Assembly (NCBI GenBank): GCA_002633005.1
Contig: NMRA01000044.1
Coordinates: 1,241,904-1,305,903 of the forward strand
Source: Phoronis australis
Lineage: Eukaryota > Animalia > Phoronida
Reading direction: 5' to 3'
DNA length: 64,000 bases
The notes beneath the pieces were generated by a model. That model ran no database searches, had not been told where the DNA came from, and saw only the letters and a list, made by a program, of their open reading frames with translations. The position numbers were made by a program, and so were the translations under genes. Below are positions 27,180 to 41,021 of this stretch, piece by piece (position 1 is the first letter of the stretch; each line of letters opens with the position of its first letter).

Positions 27180-29820
27180 TCATTTTCTACGGACAGCACA
27201 ATGAATTGAGATGCCCATGTGATTTTTGAGTAAGAGTGCGCAAGGCCAGGAAAGTGTTGCAGAGGCCATAGAGAGGTCTTTGAGTGTTGTATATATTCTC
27301 AAAGGAATACAGCATAGAAAATACAAATCATTCACGACAGCAAAAGGTGTATGTGCGTCGAATACAAAATTTTTGAAGGCAACGGATAGGATGTTGGCCA
27401 AACATGATGCTTCCTGTTTGGTTTTTTAAATCATATCCTAATAACCTAAACAAGATTTGTTTGCCCTTTTTAACCAAAGACTAGTACAGTGAACCTCGGT
27501 TAAGTCGGCGTGCTTAGTTGGATCTCCGTTCAATTCGGACAAAGTTCCGTCGAACGGTTGACCTAGCATTAATTCCTTAATAAGGTCCTGCGTGTAAGTC
27601 GGGTTTCTTAGGTCTGTTCTTCGCTCAACTCGGAGAAAATTCGAGTAACAATTGACCAAAATCCCCCCATTTTACCTCTTTTTAAGTCGGGTTCCGGCAC
27701 ATAATTTTTTCTCTTAAAAAATCACCGAACATGCATGTACAAAAATGACAAGTACGGTAAGCAAACATTTATTTGTTAATTCTAAGTACCCCGCGACCTG
27801 AAATGACGGAATGACTACTGATCACTGAAGTAGGCATAACTTGGATCAAAGTCAATCTTCAGATAAGTCGGAACTCCCTTATCTCGGAGGAAATTTCTCT
27901 GTCCCAATGGATCCGACCTAACCTAGCTTTATTGTATTTTAAATGTAAAAGAAGAACCTTTTTAGTTTTAGCACGTATTTTACTTGTTCTTACTTCTTAC
28001 CACTCTTTGAGAGATACTGTGCGCATTTCAATGGTCTTATTTTAAATGGCTTCATTTTTATGTGTTTTTGAGGACCGTGTTTCTCTTTGAAAAAGATAAA
28101 CTACCCTTTTCCCGCAAATTTGAGAACCACCAAGTGTGATGCCGGAGTAGGGGGACCGAGACTCCTGCACAAAGCGTCATCAGGATGAGTTAGAATGCAC
28201 ATGATCACGTGAAAGAGGCTGGACCGCCACCGTGTAGTAGTAGCGAGTTGAATATGGGTAAATAAACCAAACCTGGCGTGAGCTCCGTAGACCGAGTTTC
28301 TAGCGAGAAAATCAAGAACTCACAAGACTTCGCGAGATGTCGTGTATTGTAAGCAAAGCAGGTGATCACGCTAGCTTCCTTAGCTAGATTCTTATGAAAT
28401 TCATCCACAGGTGCCCTTTCCGTATGCGCAATACACTCCCAAAAACGCAAAACCCCGAGAGATTTCGCCTTGCATTAAAAACAAAGCACGTGATCACATT
28501 AGCTTTATTCGCGAGATTCTTACGTCTGCCGAACTCGGCTCAATTTAGTCATCTAGGCTATTTACGTGTTAAATCGAAAGAAAAAACGATGTTTTAAACG
28601 ATTGAAACAATATTTATGTCCAAGGTATAGTTTTAAAGGGTGACAAAAGACTATTTAGGAGGACAACGACGTTATTTTTTGCCCCAATATAATCCCAGAG
28701 GGGCCATCCGTGATGACAATAACACGGAGAAAAGGGGGTGGGGTGGGGTAGCTCAGTCTCGGTGAACGAGNTCATTTTCTACGGACAGTACAATGAATTG
28801 AGATGCCCATGTGATTTTTGAGTCAGAATGCGCAAGGCCAGTAAAGTGTTGCAGAGGCCGTAGAGAGGTCTTTGAGTGTTGTATAACCTGGATAAAAGTC
28901 AATCTTCAGATAAGTCGGAACTCGCTTATCTCGGAGGAAATCTCTCGGTCCCAATGGATCCGACTTAACCTAGCTTTATTGTATTTTAAATGTAAAAGAA
29001 GAACCTTTTTAGTTTTAGCACGTATTTTACTTGTTCTTACTACCACTCTTTGAGAGATATTGTGTGCATTTCAATGGTCTTATTTTAAATGGCTTCATTT
29101 TTATGTGTTTTTGAGGACCGTGTTTCTCTTTGAAAAAGATAAACTACCCTTTTCCCGCAATTTTGAGAACCACCAAGTGTGATGCCGGAGTAGGGGGACC
29201 GAGACTCCTGCACACAGCGTCATCAGGATGAGTTAGAATGCACATGATCACGTGAAAGAGGCTGGACCGCCACCGTGTAGTAGTAGTAGCGAGTTGAATA
29301 TGGGTAAATAAACCAAACCTGGCGTGAGCTCCGTAGACCGAGTTTCTAGCGAGAAAATCAAGAACTCACAAGACTTCGCGAGATGTCGTGTATTGTAAGC
29401 AAAGCAGGTGATCACGCTAGCTTCCTTAGCTAGATTCTTGCGGCTACGAAATTCACCCACAGGTGCCCTTTCCGTATGCGCAATACACTCCCAAAAACGC
29501 AAAACCCCGAGAGATTTCGCCTTGCATTAAAAACAAAGCACGTGATCACATTAGCTTTATTCGCGAGATTCTTACGTCTGCCGAACTCGGCTCAATTTAG
29601 TCATCTGGGCTATTTACGTGTTAAATCGAAAGAGAAAACGATGTTTTAAACGATTGAAACAATGTTTATGTCCAAGGTATAGTTTTAAAGGGTGACAAAA
29701 GACTATTTAGGAGGACAACGACGTTATTTTTTGCCCCAATATAATCCCAGAGGGGCCATCCGTGATGACAATAACACGGAGAAAAGGGGGTGGGGTGGGG
29801 TAGCTCAGTCTCGGTGAACG
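27180..29820. repeat. Near-identical tandem duplication (27180-28770 vs 28772-29820) joined at a single n, probably two haplotypes
   Basis: Both copies start tcattttctacggacag and end ctcagtctcggtgaacgag. They differ by SNPs, small indels and a ~545-bp segment absent from copy 2. Confidence 0.85.
27487..27934. mobile_element. Tc1/pogo-like MITE with TA TSD
   Basis: ta|cagtgaacctcggttaagtcgg ... ccgacctaacctagctttattg|ta are imperfect TIRs, with internal ataagtcgg repeats. Confidence 0.55.
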
Positions 29821-30999
29821 AGATTTGCTGAGTTTATTTCAGAACTTTTGTGATTGCCATTTTCTAAGTAAGAAAAAACGTTTGCATTTTATACAAAGAA
29901 TTAAGATCAACAAAATTAGAAAATATTTATTTTGATTATTAGACATGGCCTCGAACAATTTTGGGCTGGAGTGACATCAAATTTTGATAATGGTCCGAGG
30001 CGAACTTTGATAACACCAGAAATAGAGTATTTTAATTTTATTTTCTGCTCAATCAATGGGTAGAATTGGGCGACCTATTTAAAACATTACAATCGTTATG
30101 GTATCTGTGACTGCGAAATTTACCAAACAATATGTACCCCTGTTTCTCGTCTGCTGAAATTGACCGCGCTATAAGAATTTCGAAAGGGGAAACCAACTGG
30201 CATTGACGATGTTACATTTGAAATTTTGAAGAGTACAAGGATAGCTATTGTTCCCGTCTTGTAATTGACCTATCGCCAGGATTTTGAGTGGCGGCTTAAC
30301 TGACCATTTAGAACTCATCATTGTTGACACACCTTCGTTTCCAAGCCGCCATTATACCCAACAAACAACACGTTGCCGGGTAAAACTTATTGGTTGTCTG
30401 TTAGTCGAATTTGCGCAAGGGACCGGACCTTGCGATAAGTCAATTACCTCTCAACAGCTCACTACCAACAAAATGAGCAACACTGATGTGACGCAACCTC
30501 GTTCTTACAGCTTATTTCTTCAGCTCTGAGACTTTAATAGAAAGAACATCACGTTGAGGAAAGCTAATCTGACAATGATCGGTTTATCTTGAAAAAAAGT
30601 GCGGTCGTGTTTTAGTGAAATCGATATTTTTCATGCGTGATTCTGTAACGCTACGTTCCGTTCACACGCCTCATCATGCGACTGTTATCGGACCGTATTC
30701 TGTGAAAAGCATGCACATTCTGAATGTCGAAAAAAGAAAAACTTTAAAAGGCGTTGGACTCCGGGGAAAATGTGCCTGTGTAGATTCGTTGTTAATTGCA
30801 CTCTGGGCCCAAGACTTTTTATACAAATAATACTAGAATACCTGCGATAAATAGGCCAACTATGGCCTAAAATGTCGACTGCGCGCATTTGATTACCGAG
30901 TAATCTGTCTACATGTTGACAACTATGCCAATATATGAGTAAAAATGTGATTAAAAATTGATTTTCATTATTCACCACCAGTACGTCGCCGTCAGTCAT

Positions 31000-31151
31000 A
31001 GTAAAACAAATGTCACTGTACGTAACTAAATACTAAAATTCATAAAACTGGTTGAAGACACGGCGGCAATGCCCCCTCTTTACTATAAGTGAGGTCGTTG
31101 GCAGCACTGAAATGTCTTCAACCAATTTTGCGTACAGTGACATGTTTTACG
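31000..31151. repeat. Degenerate inverted repeat (MITE-like)
   Basis: atgtcactgtacgtaa...aaaactggttgaagaca versus tgtcttcaaccaattttgcgtacagtgacat. Confidence 0.55.
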
Positions 31152-32546
31152 AAAAGTGATTGCAGACTTAAGTCAGATATATTGAAAAAACACTCCCACT
31201 TTGCAATTACTTAGTATAGGTTTCGCCATTTTGTTTACAAAAAATAATATTTAAATTATTTGAGCACTAGAAGTAATCAGTAACGCCCGTATATTTCAGA
31301 GACCTTGAACTTTTGTTGAGGTGAAATAGCGGTGTGGAACGTAATACGAAATTTCTGACTTACGGCATAAAGCATTTTTCATATAACTGACCCGAGGAAG
31401 TGACTGCTGCCAAACTATGCTTACACTTCATTTACTCATGTGCCAAAGAACGACACACGTCGAGCACTCACTAGGGAGCAGTAACAGCAAGCTCCTTAAG
31501 TCTATAACATTGTGATCTTAGTGAGGAGTGCTACTGGTACGATTTCATTTTATTTCGGCATTTCGAAAATTCATCATGTGTTGTATAATCAAAAAAATAA
31601 CGGAAACAATAACAATTAGTTAGTACTAACGCATGAGCCGTTTCGAACACGCAATTTTAAGTAACCAACAAAAATGGCCTTACCATATCGGGGCATCTTT
31701 ATTTTTTTTGGTATCCAGGTTTTCTTGACAGCGATGCAGCAACTCCTTCACTGTAAAATTTGCTAATCTTTTACGCGGCGGCAACCAGTAAGCGTACGAA
31801 CTGACGTTAGCTGAGCCATGCACTCGATCATCAATGATCTAAACGAGAGCTTGCATACCCTTACACACACACACACACATGGACACATACATGTATGTAA
31901 CTGAAATAAGTAAGGCTCAGGTGGTATGCGAGAGTTAATTCACTTTTCCGCTTTTAATTTTTTACCTGCTATTTTTTCTTACAGTCGGCACTCTTTTCCA
32001 TGCATACTCTAGAAATTTCACATTAGATTGGAAACTTCACTTTAGGGAGAGTCCATGTGAAACGTTAATTTAAACATTATTCAGGTGCCAAACACGACGA
32101 GAAGGAGTTGAATAATTGTACAAAAAATTAAAGCGATATTAATACAGCGTTCACTTATTGCATCTATTTCTGATGGCTGCATTAGGGCCCGACATTTTCG
32201 ACGAGAATGCACCCGGCCCCCGTTACCAAGGCGATACCATTACCTTTTCCAGGTGTTTGACTAAAGACACGTTTCTTGATTACCTGGTATCTTGCCGTAT
32301 TCTGAGAGAAACGTCATCAACTGAGAGGAGGGGGTCATTAGAAATGGGCGCCGAGAAGTGGGGGTGGGATGCGGGGTCAATTGCCCCTATTAGATTCAGA
32401 GGCTGAATAGTAAACATTTTGGGAAAATATAAAATTTCTGGGAAATCCATTCTCACGCCCACACCTAGCGGATCTGGGGGGAGGTCATGGGTTGAAACCC
32501 CTCTCTCTGGCTAAGGTGGCAAAACAGGAAAAGAAGTCCACATTGC

Positions 32547-32813
32547 ATGCGCGCACCCAGAGGAGGGGTGGGCTCGGGGTGGGGGGGGGGGGGCNNNNNN
32601 NNNNNNNNNNNNNCCCCCATTTGGCGAAGTGGGCAAAAAGATCCGCCCCCGAGAGACAAAAAGTCCGAGAAAATGGGACGAAAGCCCACTAAATAATAGC
32701 AAACGCTCACTTCACAGTGGTGCTCTTTTTTAGTCCACCGGCTCTTTTGTTAGCAAACTTGGTCCACATCGTCAGGAATTCGAGCCCCCATATTGAAGGC
32801 TGGATGCGCGCAT
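32547..32813. mobile_element. MITE, CATGCGCGCAC TIR family (copy of 872-1116 family)
   Basis: catgcgcgcacccag ... ctggatgcgcgcatg TIRs and shared interior. Confidence 0.7.
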
Positions 32814-34569
32814 GCACTGTGCGCGGAAGGGATCATCGAATTAGCTAGGGTACAAGAAAAAAACAACAAAAAAAACATACGACAAAGCGGTTTTAGGGCC
32901 ATAGTGAAAGAATACCCTTTAATTGTTGTTCGTATTAAAAGCCACAACCTTATTATAAAGTACATTAGCTCATGAGCCACTGCTTGTTGATAAATAAAAG
33001 TTTTTGATATTTTGTTCTCGTGACTTCAGTTCCCAAATGACGTCAGTCCAGTGCTCCTTAGCGAGTTTCCAATTTAGACTGGACTGTCCATATATCTCTC
33101 CGTCATGAAAAATTACTACGGCGTTGTTTATGTAGATTCCGAAAAAGTACTTGTATATTCAAGTTTCAATTCGTAGCTAAGTGTGTGCGTGCGCGCAAAG
33201 CGCACGTGCACGCATACATGTATATACATTATGTATATCATAGACATTTTTATGTGATGTCTATGACGTATATGCTTGCACATTATTATCGTTTTGCATT
33301 GTTTATTTCTGTAATGTTTACTTGTTGCCCAAACTTCTGGGCAGTAATGTTATCTATAGATTTACCTATACTCGTGGAATAAAGATTATAGATATCTGAC
33401 TCATTGTCTGTGACTTTTTAGGCTGACTCGGATTTTTGCAGTGCCATGCGTCTGCCAATTTACATGGGAAGATGTTACCCTGAAATCTTACCAGATAATT
33501 TTACAATTGATTTATCTTATTAAGTTCAAAAAACTGACGCTAATATAAAAAAAATAGTAGGGCTCATTACAAATCTCAGTCAGAAACTCGGCCATAGACA
33601 TCTAACAGTAGCTGCATGTATCTCAGTGGCGGGCGCCCGGTCTGTGTCACGGTGATGTCAATGCTCACAGCGGCTTTTCTCGGTGGTTCCCTGCGTTTCC
33701 GCTAGTGAACAGGAGGGAACCAGCGAGGTAGCTTATGAAGTCACAGATGTCGCTGAAAGCAGTGTTGTGTCTGTCTGTTCAGTCCGTAAGCATGACCTTT
33801 TTTCTTTTCGTTTCTATACTATATTCATTTTTGGACTTTTTATTGAACTGCAACCATCCACTGCTGTAGCTGTCAGCGTGAAGGATATGCCGTGGTTGGG
33901 TAGCGAAGATAACCAAAAAAATTGCAATTTGAATGTATTATGCATTATACCACGAAGTTGCTAAAAATCGCGCATAATTTAAAAGCGCGGACAAATCGTG
34001 CAGATGGTAGAGACGAGTTGTCAGTGCTATTTGCAACAGGAAATTCGAACCTGGGAATTCCAAAATCCGTGTTTGAAAGTTCTTATCCATATTATGGGGT
34101 AAACACATTGAATTGGTGTTAAAAGTAAACAAACTCTTAATNNNNNNNNNNNNNNNNNNNNNNNNNNNNNNNNNNNNNNNNNNNNNNNNNNNNNNNNNNN
34201 NNNNNNNNNNNNNNNNNNNNNNNNNNNNNNNNNNNNNNNNNNNNNNNNNNNNNNNNNNNNNNNNNNNNNNNNNNNNNNNNNNNNNNNNNNNNNNNNNNNN
34301 NNNNNNNNNNNNNNNNNNNNNNNNNNNNNNNNNNNNNNNNNNNNNNNNNNNNNNNNNNNNNNNNNNNNNNNNNNNNNNNNNNNNNNNNNNNNNNNNNNNN
34401 NNNNNNNNNNNNNNNNNNNNNNNNNNNNNNNNNNNNNNNNNNNNNNNNNNNNNNNNNNNNNNNNNNNNNNNNNCTGCAATAAGCACCACTGCCGTTTTCT
34501 ATACTGGGAATTTCCGCAGAAAGGCCCACCCGACGAAACGCCCATGCCCATGGGCATTTATTTGATGTT

Positions 34570-34955
34570 AGTACTTCGGGTTTCAAGCGTTCAGACATTG
34601 GGACGTTTATTTCGAAAATTGCAAGAGATGCAAATGGGTCCTGGGATACATCGTCAAGGTTTGAAGTAGTCCATGATGAACGGATAGTTGCGCATGCTGT
34701 AAATCTTTGGAATGGACTTGGTAACCTCAGGGGGCTTAGTGCCAACTGAGCTGCGAAACGAGATGCTGATACTGTAGAGGCGTACAAGCTCATTGACACA
34801 GCAGTTGACGAAGTGAAAGTGTTAGGAACAAATGTTGAAGATGTCTGGGTAGAATGGTTCCAAGAGGAGAAAACTAGTGGATCCGATATACAGATTCCTC
34901 GGCAGGTCTAGGCAACGGAAAGATAGGACCAACGTTCCTGGAGAAACACCCAGGT
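34570..34955 (+). mobile_element. Degenerate hAT transposase fragment (ZMYM1/PRKRIR-like)
   Basis: Reads ...LRGLSAN*AAKRDADTVEAYKLIDTAVDEVKVLGTNVEDVWVEWFQEEK..., then after frameshifts SGSDIQIPR / RQRKDRTNVPGETP. This matches the LS.kLQ..d.d...a / PR..gRQ..R.N.p..tp segment of hAT transposases and is disrupted by stops. Confidence 0.65.
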
Positions 34956-36822
34956 AATAAGTTGCAATTCTACACAGTTTGTAATAATGTTTGTTTTTTA
35001 TGCTTGTGTACAATGAAAACGAAATAGAAATTATTTTTGGACATGTCAAATTTACCCAGTACAGCAGAGTGTCTACGAGCGCACAGAAAATGATTCTGAT
35101 TTGTATTTCCACTTAAGTCTGTCTGCTTCATATCCAAAATCTATTTCACGTAGTGCATAGTTAAAACTGTACTCACTTGTTTCTTTCAGTAAGTACTACA
35201 GAACGGTGCGAAAACCCTTCCTAGACAACCTCTCGCAGCAATTGACCACCAGATGTGTAAACCACACGTATGAGCAACACTTGGGATTAAAAAGTGTCCA
35301 GAGAGAAGTTTTCAATTCAAAGTTTTTTGTAAAGCACGCTTTAGGTCTCGCGACGGACCAGGCCAGCTTGATTTGTGTAGATATCGAGTTTCAGTGTACT
35401 TCTGGTCCCTCGGCGAACTAGTCTTGTGATGTTTTTCACCAAAGTGTGCTTTGTAAAACTATTTATCTCAGCCAGTGCTGTTTGGTCCCGCGACAGATCG
35501 ACTATTTTTATAGGGATAACAACCAGAGGTATACTTTTGGTCTCGTGACGGACCAGGCCAGAGTTTTTGTGTACTCTCAGTGTACATCTGGTCCCTCTGC
35601 GAACTGCTCCTGTATATCTATGTACAGAATGTTTTGGTTTCGTGAAACTGTTTTCAGATGATTTGTTTCCTGATACATTTGACGTTTTTCAATTGTTTGC
35701 AACGTGATTCAGCGTAATAAAGTGATACTTAATTATTTATTGTCGCTATGAGGTGAGAGCACCATCGTTCGCCAGTTTTTCGCGTAACGAGACAGAACAC
35801 ATGTTTATTTCCAGACTAGCAGTACAGGTCTTTCTCTTAAACAGCTTGAGGCTGTTGCGATCATCTGATATATTCAAGTTTTTACGCCTCGTCGGTACTC
35901 CTTAGTTGTCTAAGCCCCTGTATACACACCACACTTTTTCGTATGGTAAAAAGGTGTGTGTAAACAGATGTTCCAACAAAAATTTTTGCTGGTGGTGTGA
36001 CTCATACCCTGATTTGCACAAGTATAGTTTCACGAAAATTATGAACCAAGTTCATGTGACGAAATCAAGAAGGGTTTTAATTATCTTAAGAAAAACTCCA
36101 GGGACATGTTAAGTGCCAGAAACGTATCAGGATGCATGGAAATTTCTCTGTTTGGCTACAAAAACAAAAAATTGTCTTACACAACCCCCTCCCCGACCTC
36201 CACCCCCCGCTTGGCGCCACGCGCCTCGGATTCGACCTTTGCGGCGTGAATCCTAAACCCCCCCTTTACTGAAAACGTAGATCCGCCACTGTCCCCAAGA
36301 CACTACATATAATACTATAAGGTATGACACTCCCGACCAGAAATTCCACGGGTGCTTCACTTCAGCCGTCCATATCAAACACAAAACTCAATAAATTTAC
36401 ACAAAACAGGGTTTCAGCAAGCCATTAGTAATTGTTCTTTCTTGTAGGCCTAATACCATTCACAGTGTCCTGTTCTGGCGACTTCGTAAGAAATTCGCAG
36501 TCAAAGAACAAAAATGTTCACAAAAAGCCTAATTGAGTTTCTTTCTGATTTTAGTAAGTAGCTACAGTAAAGCTTGCATATGTTGGACATACACAAGTCG
36601 TATTTTTCCTTAACCTCGACAAAATAATGCAGTACAGTTGTTCTAATTCATCGTGCACTTGCTTCTGACAAGTGTGGATTTCACCTTACTCAGTTGAAAT
36701 CTCTGCCCCGTTGGGTCTGACTTTTACTGTGCAGAATTTTACGATTCTTTGTTCCAAAGGTCGATGAGGCAGGGAATGCAGCAGATGGCGTGTCACTGAA
36801 TGGCTGAGACCACTGCTAAGTA

Positions 36823-36882
36823 ATGGACGACCTTCTTATTGCTTGCAATACCCTGAAGTCTGAGAAGGCAACAGAGAGAAAG
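36823..36882 (+). CDS. ATM: ATM serine/threonine kinase, coding exon 1 (TAN motif)
   Basis: ATG...MDDLLIACNTLKSEKATERK|gtaaca matches human [20 protein letters not shown]. There is an in-frame stop just upstream and a likely acceptor at 36759. Confidence 0.9.
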
Positions 36883-37471
36883 GTAACAGACTTCCTCTGC
36901 CATCGATTGGCTGATTCCACTAATGGGTGACTAATGGTGCAAGTAAAGTATGAATCATCTTTCTATCGTCTGAATAGGCAAAGAACTAGAAACTATTGAA
37001 TGGTGCTGGGGTATTTTTAGACACGTTACCTGCCTGTAAGGAGGTATTTACAGGCAGGTCTGTATTGATACTTACGACCGTATGGAAAGGCACGCCGATG
37101 CGGGTTATTGTCGCGTACAAGTTTGCCTAAATTTTGCAAGTAAAATTAGATAGTTGTGGTGCCAAAATGAACCAATTGAAAATAAGTAACAAATGCTCTC
37201 AAACACACAAAAAAGTTGATGAAAGAAGTTGGCAGTATGTTCGGAAATATGTTCCACACACACACACACAAATCTTGTTTCCTGTGCCATTTTATCATAT
37301 GCTTTGCTGAAAAGTCAATTTGCAAATTTCAAAAATTTCAAGCATATTCCCTGTCGGCAAATCTCACTCCCTGTTACAAAGTTTCAGAGCTATGCTGAGC
37401 TCAACATGTTAACCATTTACAGTATTTTCAGCTTATGCCTCTCACAAGATGAAATGACTCTTTCATTTTAG

Positions 37472-37597
37472 AAAGCCGCTGAAAACTTGCTGAATCAATT
37501 AAAGAGATGTGCCATTGTTGGGCAGCTTGATGAGAATACAGATGCTCGATTGAAGGATCCTTCAGCTAAGGTATTCTGCTGGTATGGAGTGTTTAAG
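37472..37597 (+). CDS. ATM: ATM coding exon 2
   Basis: ttttag|KAAENLLNQLKRCAIVGQLDENTDARLKDPSAKVFCWYGVFK|gtgagt, compare human [38 protein letters not shown]. Phase 0/0. Confidence 0.9.
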
Positions 37598-38781
37598 GTG
37601 AGTTTACCTGAAATTCTGTACCGTAAATTTACCCCTTTTGAGTTCTCATGTCGTTAGATGAAGCTGTGTCTGTATTCAAATAAAGGAGCATTACGTGCTT
37701 GTCAGGCTTAAAGCCTGCATTCGGTAAAAAGCCCACCCCTGAATCAAGTTATGCACATTTTCAATTTTAAATGCTGGATTACAGGTCCAAGTTTTGCATT
37801 TGTGTCTGTTGTCCGCGTTTGTGTAAACACTCTGCCGAGAAATTCAATATGAAAACCCACTCATTTCGTTTAGCTGTGACTATTTTCAGGTAATATTTTG
37901 TTTGGTACACGTGAAGTTTCTGGCTGACATCTATGCAACCGTCTGCATGGTAAACAGCCACCTGACCTCTTAAAAGTCTCTTTTTATAAGCCCATACTTG
38001 ACTTACTATCCTCAAGCCTTAAATTGTGAATTCTCAATATCAAAGTCCTAGCCAAAAACCTCACATGAAAATGTATTGCTAAATATTGAGGTCTTCAAGA
38101 TTACCAATCTTACTTCCTCGTGTTCCGCGCAGGCGTTCTCATTTACAGCATCCCTTTCTCATTAAAGCAAGATGTTTTTTCTCCTCAACCTCAAATCAGT
38201 TCTTTCTAACTCGACTTAATAGGAACAAATTTGACAATGTTGGTTGGTAATTTGCCACTTAGCCTGTAGATGCTGACCACATGTTTCTAATGTAAGGTTT
38301 TATAAGGCCTAATCATCAAGTCTGTAGTGTAATTTGTCTTCAAAACTATAGATTGTAACTCGTAGAATTCTTGACTTTTTACAAGTCTGCCAATTAATTG
38401 GGTCACGTGATCATTTCTTTTTTAGTAATATTTAGCCAAAAAGTTAAATTGGAATTAATAACATGACCAAATTTCATTTGTTGTAAAGTTTCAAGATGAA
38501 ATGCCGAAAGTTCTCGTACAGTTATCAAATTATCATTTCGTTTCTATCTTATCCAACTTTTTTTCCTGAAAATCACTGAAGTCCAGTTTTTAGAAAGTCC
38601 CTCATTCAAAAGGGGAACATTTCAAAAACAAGTCCCGTCGACCTTTGGGAGAAAACTGCTTAAGGCGTGGCATCCGAAAGTTTGATATGAATCCAAAGTT
38701 AGCCAAGTTTGGATATTTTTCCTGACAGTTGCTGGATTCAGTGAGCCTGTGACTGCACCCTTGGTATCTTGTTCTATCCAG

Positions 38782-38917
38782 AGAGCTTTTGCTTATTTCT
38801 CCATCGAGTGTGACTCTCTTGAGAAGGCCACCAGCAAGAGTGCTCTAGCAAACCGGGAGAATAGACGCAAAGATATTGTCCATGTCATCAAGGAAGTGGT
38901 GCGGACCACGGAGCAAA
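38782..38917 (+). CDS. ATM: ATM coding exon 3
   Basis: tatccag|RAFAYFSIECDSLEKATSKSALANRENRRKDIVHVIKEVVRTTEQ|gtaggt. Phase 0/1. Compare human FLQKYIQKETECLR...[20 protein letters not shown]. Confidence 0.85.
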
Positions 38918-39502
38918 GTAGGTTCTTTAGGATTGTATAGTTATGGTAATATCTCGACAATATTGGACAAAGATGTATTCAATTAAAAGGATATTGTGTT
39001 TTTTTGCTGCTGAGAATGCACTAATGGGATCATTGTTGGATGGGATAGACTTGTTGAAGGAATTAGCTTTGGCCAGAGCTATAAAACAACATATGCTTTG
39101 TTTTTAAGATCTTATTACAAATCACTAAAGTCTTTTTATTGTCTGCCAGACATTCGGTGAAATCAGGGGCGGTGTCGTTCACATTTAAATACGATGGAAA
39201 TATGATCATTTCCCCACCTGTTACATTCAGACCCTAATCATACTTGATGAACATTCTACAAACAAGGACTGATATCCAGTCATGTCGACTGAGGGAGAGC
39301 GATATTGCCCGGGGACAGTGGCAACAACCATCACAGTATTGTCTGTGGGAATTGAAGATGAAACATCGCTATCCAGTGCTTAATGAAGATTCAAAGCCTG
39401 TATGTCAACACCAGTACTGTACGGTCATCTTTGAATACAGGAGTGCTGTTTGTGTTTGTGATTGTTTCATAATTGTATTTATCACATTGTAATTGTTTAC
39501 AG

Positions 39503-39667
39503 ATGGTCATCGACTGTGTGTCCCCGAGGTACTCAAGGCGTTTTTGTCAGTCCTACAGACACCGTTCCAGTGTGAGCAGTTTGGGAATGACTTCAGCACG
39601 ATGCTTTTGAAGAACATTCTGACCTCCAGGGTTCACTGGTCGCAAATTAGTGCAACTCAGTGGAGGA
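39503..39667 (+). CDS. ATM: ATM coding exon 4
   Basis: tttacag|(N)GHRLCVPEVLKAFLSVLQTPFQCEQFGNDFSTMLLKNILTSRVHWSQISATQWR|gtaagt, compare human APRLKCQELL...[29 protein letters not shown]. 165 nt, phase 1/1. Confidence 0.92.
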
Positions 39668-40852
39668 GTAAGTGTATTTTCTGCGAATTTACTTAGCTGC
39701 ACTTGATGAGCACAGGTAAAAATATTTGTGAGAATGGTATTGGGGGATTTGGTCATTCTTAGAATGTAATGCCAAGCCAGTCAATTGTGACAAGTGCCCA
39801 CAAAGGAAATTTGCGAATACTTAACTAGCTTGGTAACTGAGTATCGTGCGCAGAATTTTGAAGTATTTTTCATACAACTGGCGTGCTCTCCGATAAGATG
39901 CCATGTGGAAGCTATTCAAGTCATCTCACACAGGAAGCGATTCCATATACAACTCTTTAGCATTGCAAGAGCACAAAAACATAATTCAGTTGACCCAGTT
40001 TCTAATTCTGCTGTTTATGGCTAAGGAAATGCCATTTTATTCATTGATATTGTGAGACCTACTTGTGTGGATCACTTGTCAATTTTTCTTTGTATGACAT
40101 GGCATGATGGCCACAGCGAACTTAAAAAAATGTTGAAATATATCTCACTGCATTAAATCCATACAAGAATGCACATGGCTGTCCACCAAGTACCCTATCA
40201 CCCTCTAACTGCAGGCTGTTTTTAATCATATGTTTACTTTTAGATGAAGGAAATATATAACATTACAGCACCCAACCAAAATATGGTGACATTTCCGGTA
40301 GTCAGTGTGTTATTTCACCTAGTGAGGGTTTGTTTTGTTTACGTGGTTTGCAGTGTAGCCACCAGGTGTATCCTCTTTTCATAGTGTGTCTTGTGTGCCC
40401 CTTATATTTCACTGAGCTTTTGTCTTTGACCCATTGTTATGGATATGTATTCAGATTGATCATGGGTGTGGTGCAGTTTTATGGTATGGATGTTAGGTTT
40501 GGGCATCCACAGGGCTTCACATTCTGCAAGTTGAAATTTTGTTATTTTGTTTTCTCTTACACTGTGTAAAGTTAACTAGAATTTGGTCAGTGAGATGCTT
40601 ATTCTGTTTAGTCTGTCATTGACTTAACTGGCAGTGCTACTACTGTTTATAGGATTTGCTGTTTAGTTAGTGTGGAATGTTACTTTGTATGCAGTGTCAG
40701 TTTGGTAGATTTTGATATCTTGTTTATTGTTGTGTGTTTTTTTTTTCAGTAAACCACAGTGACACTGAACTAAGGTGTTTTCTTTAATCCAGTTTGCCCG
40801 GCCTGTGGTGTCGTCACAAGCGTATGACCAATATCTCTGTTTTTCATTACAG

Positions 40853-41021
40853 CCATATTGAAGACATTCAAGAAGCACATGACTCTTGACCCGCCTGTGA
40901 TCAATGTTGACACGTCCTCACGTGTCTTTCACGCTGCTGTTCAGGGTGCAACATATCAGACTGACATACGAGAGGCAGCTCTGCTGCCGTTCTTCTACCA
41001 ATACTTCAGCAAGGATGTCAG
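40853..41021 (+). CDS. ATM: ATM coding exon 5
   Basis: cattacag|(T)ILKTFKKHMTLDPPVINVDTSSRVFHAAVQGATYQTDIREAALLPFFYQYFSKDV(R)|gtgatt, compare human ARIIHAVTKGCCSQTD...FLDFFSKAIQCAR. Phase 1/2. Confidence 0.88.

Noticed and set aside
33938-34799. ORFs of 150-220 aa
   Set aside because: They span the 34142-34473 N gap. The real signal is a decayed hAT transposase on the + strand.
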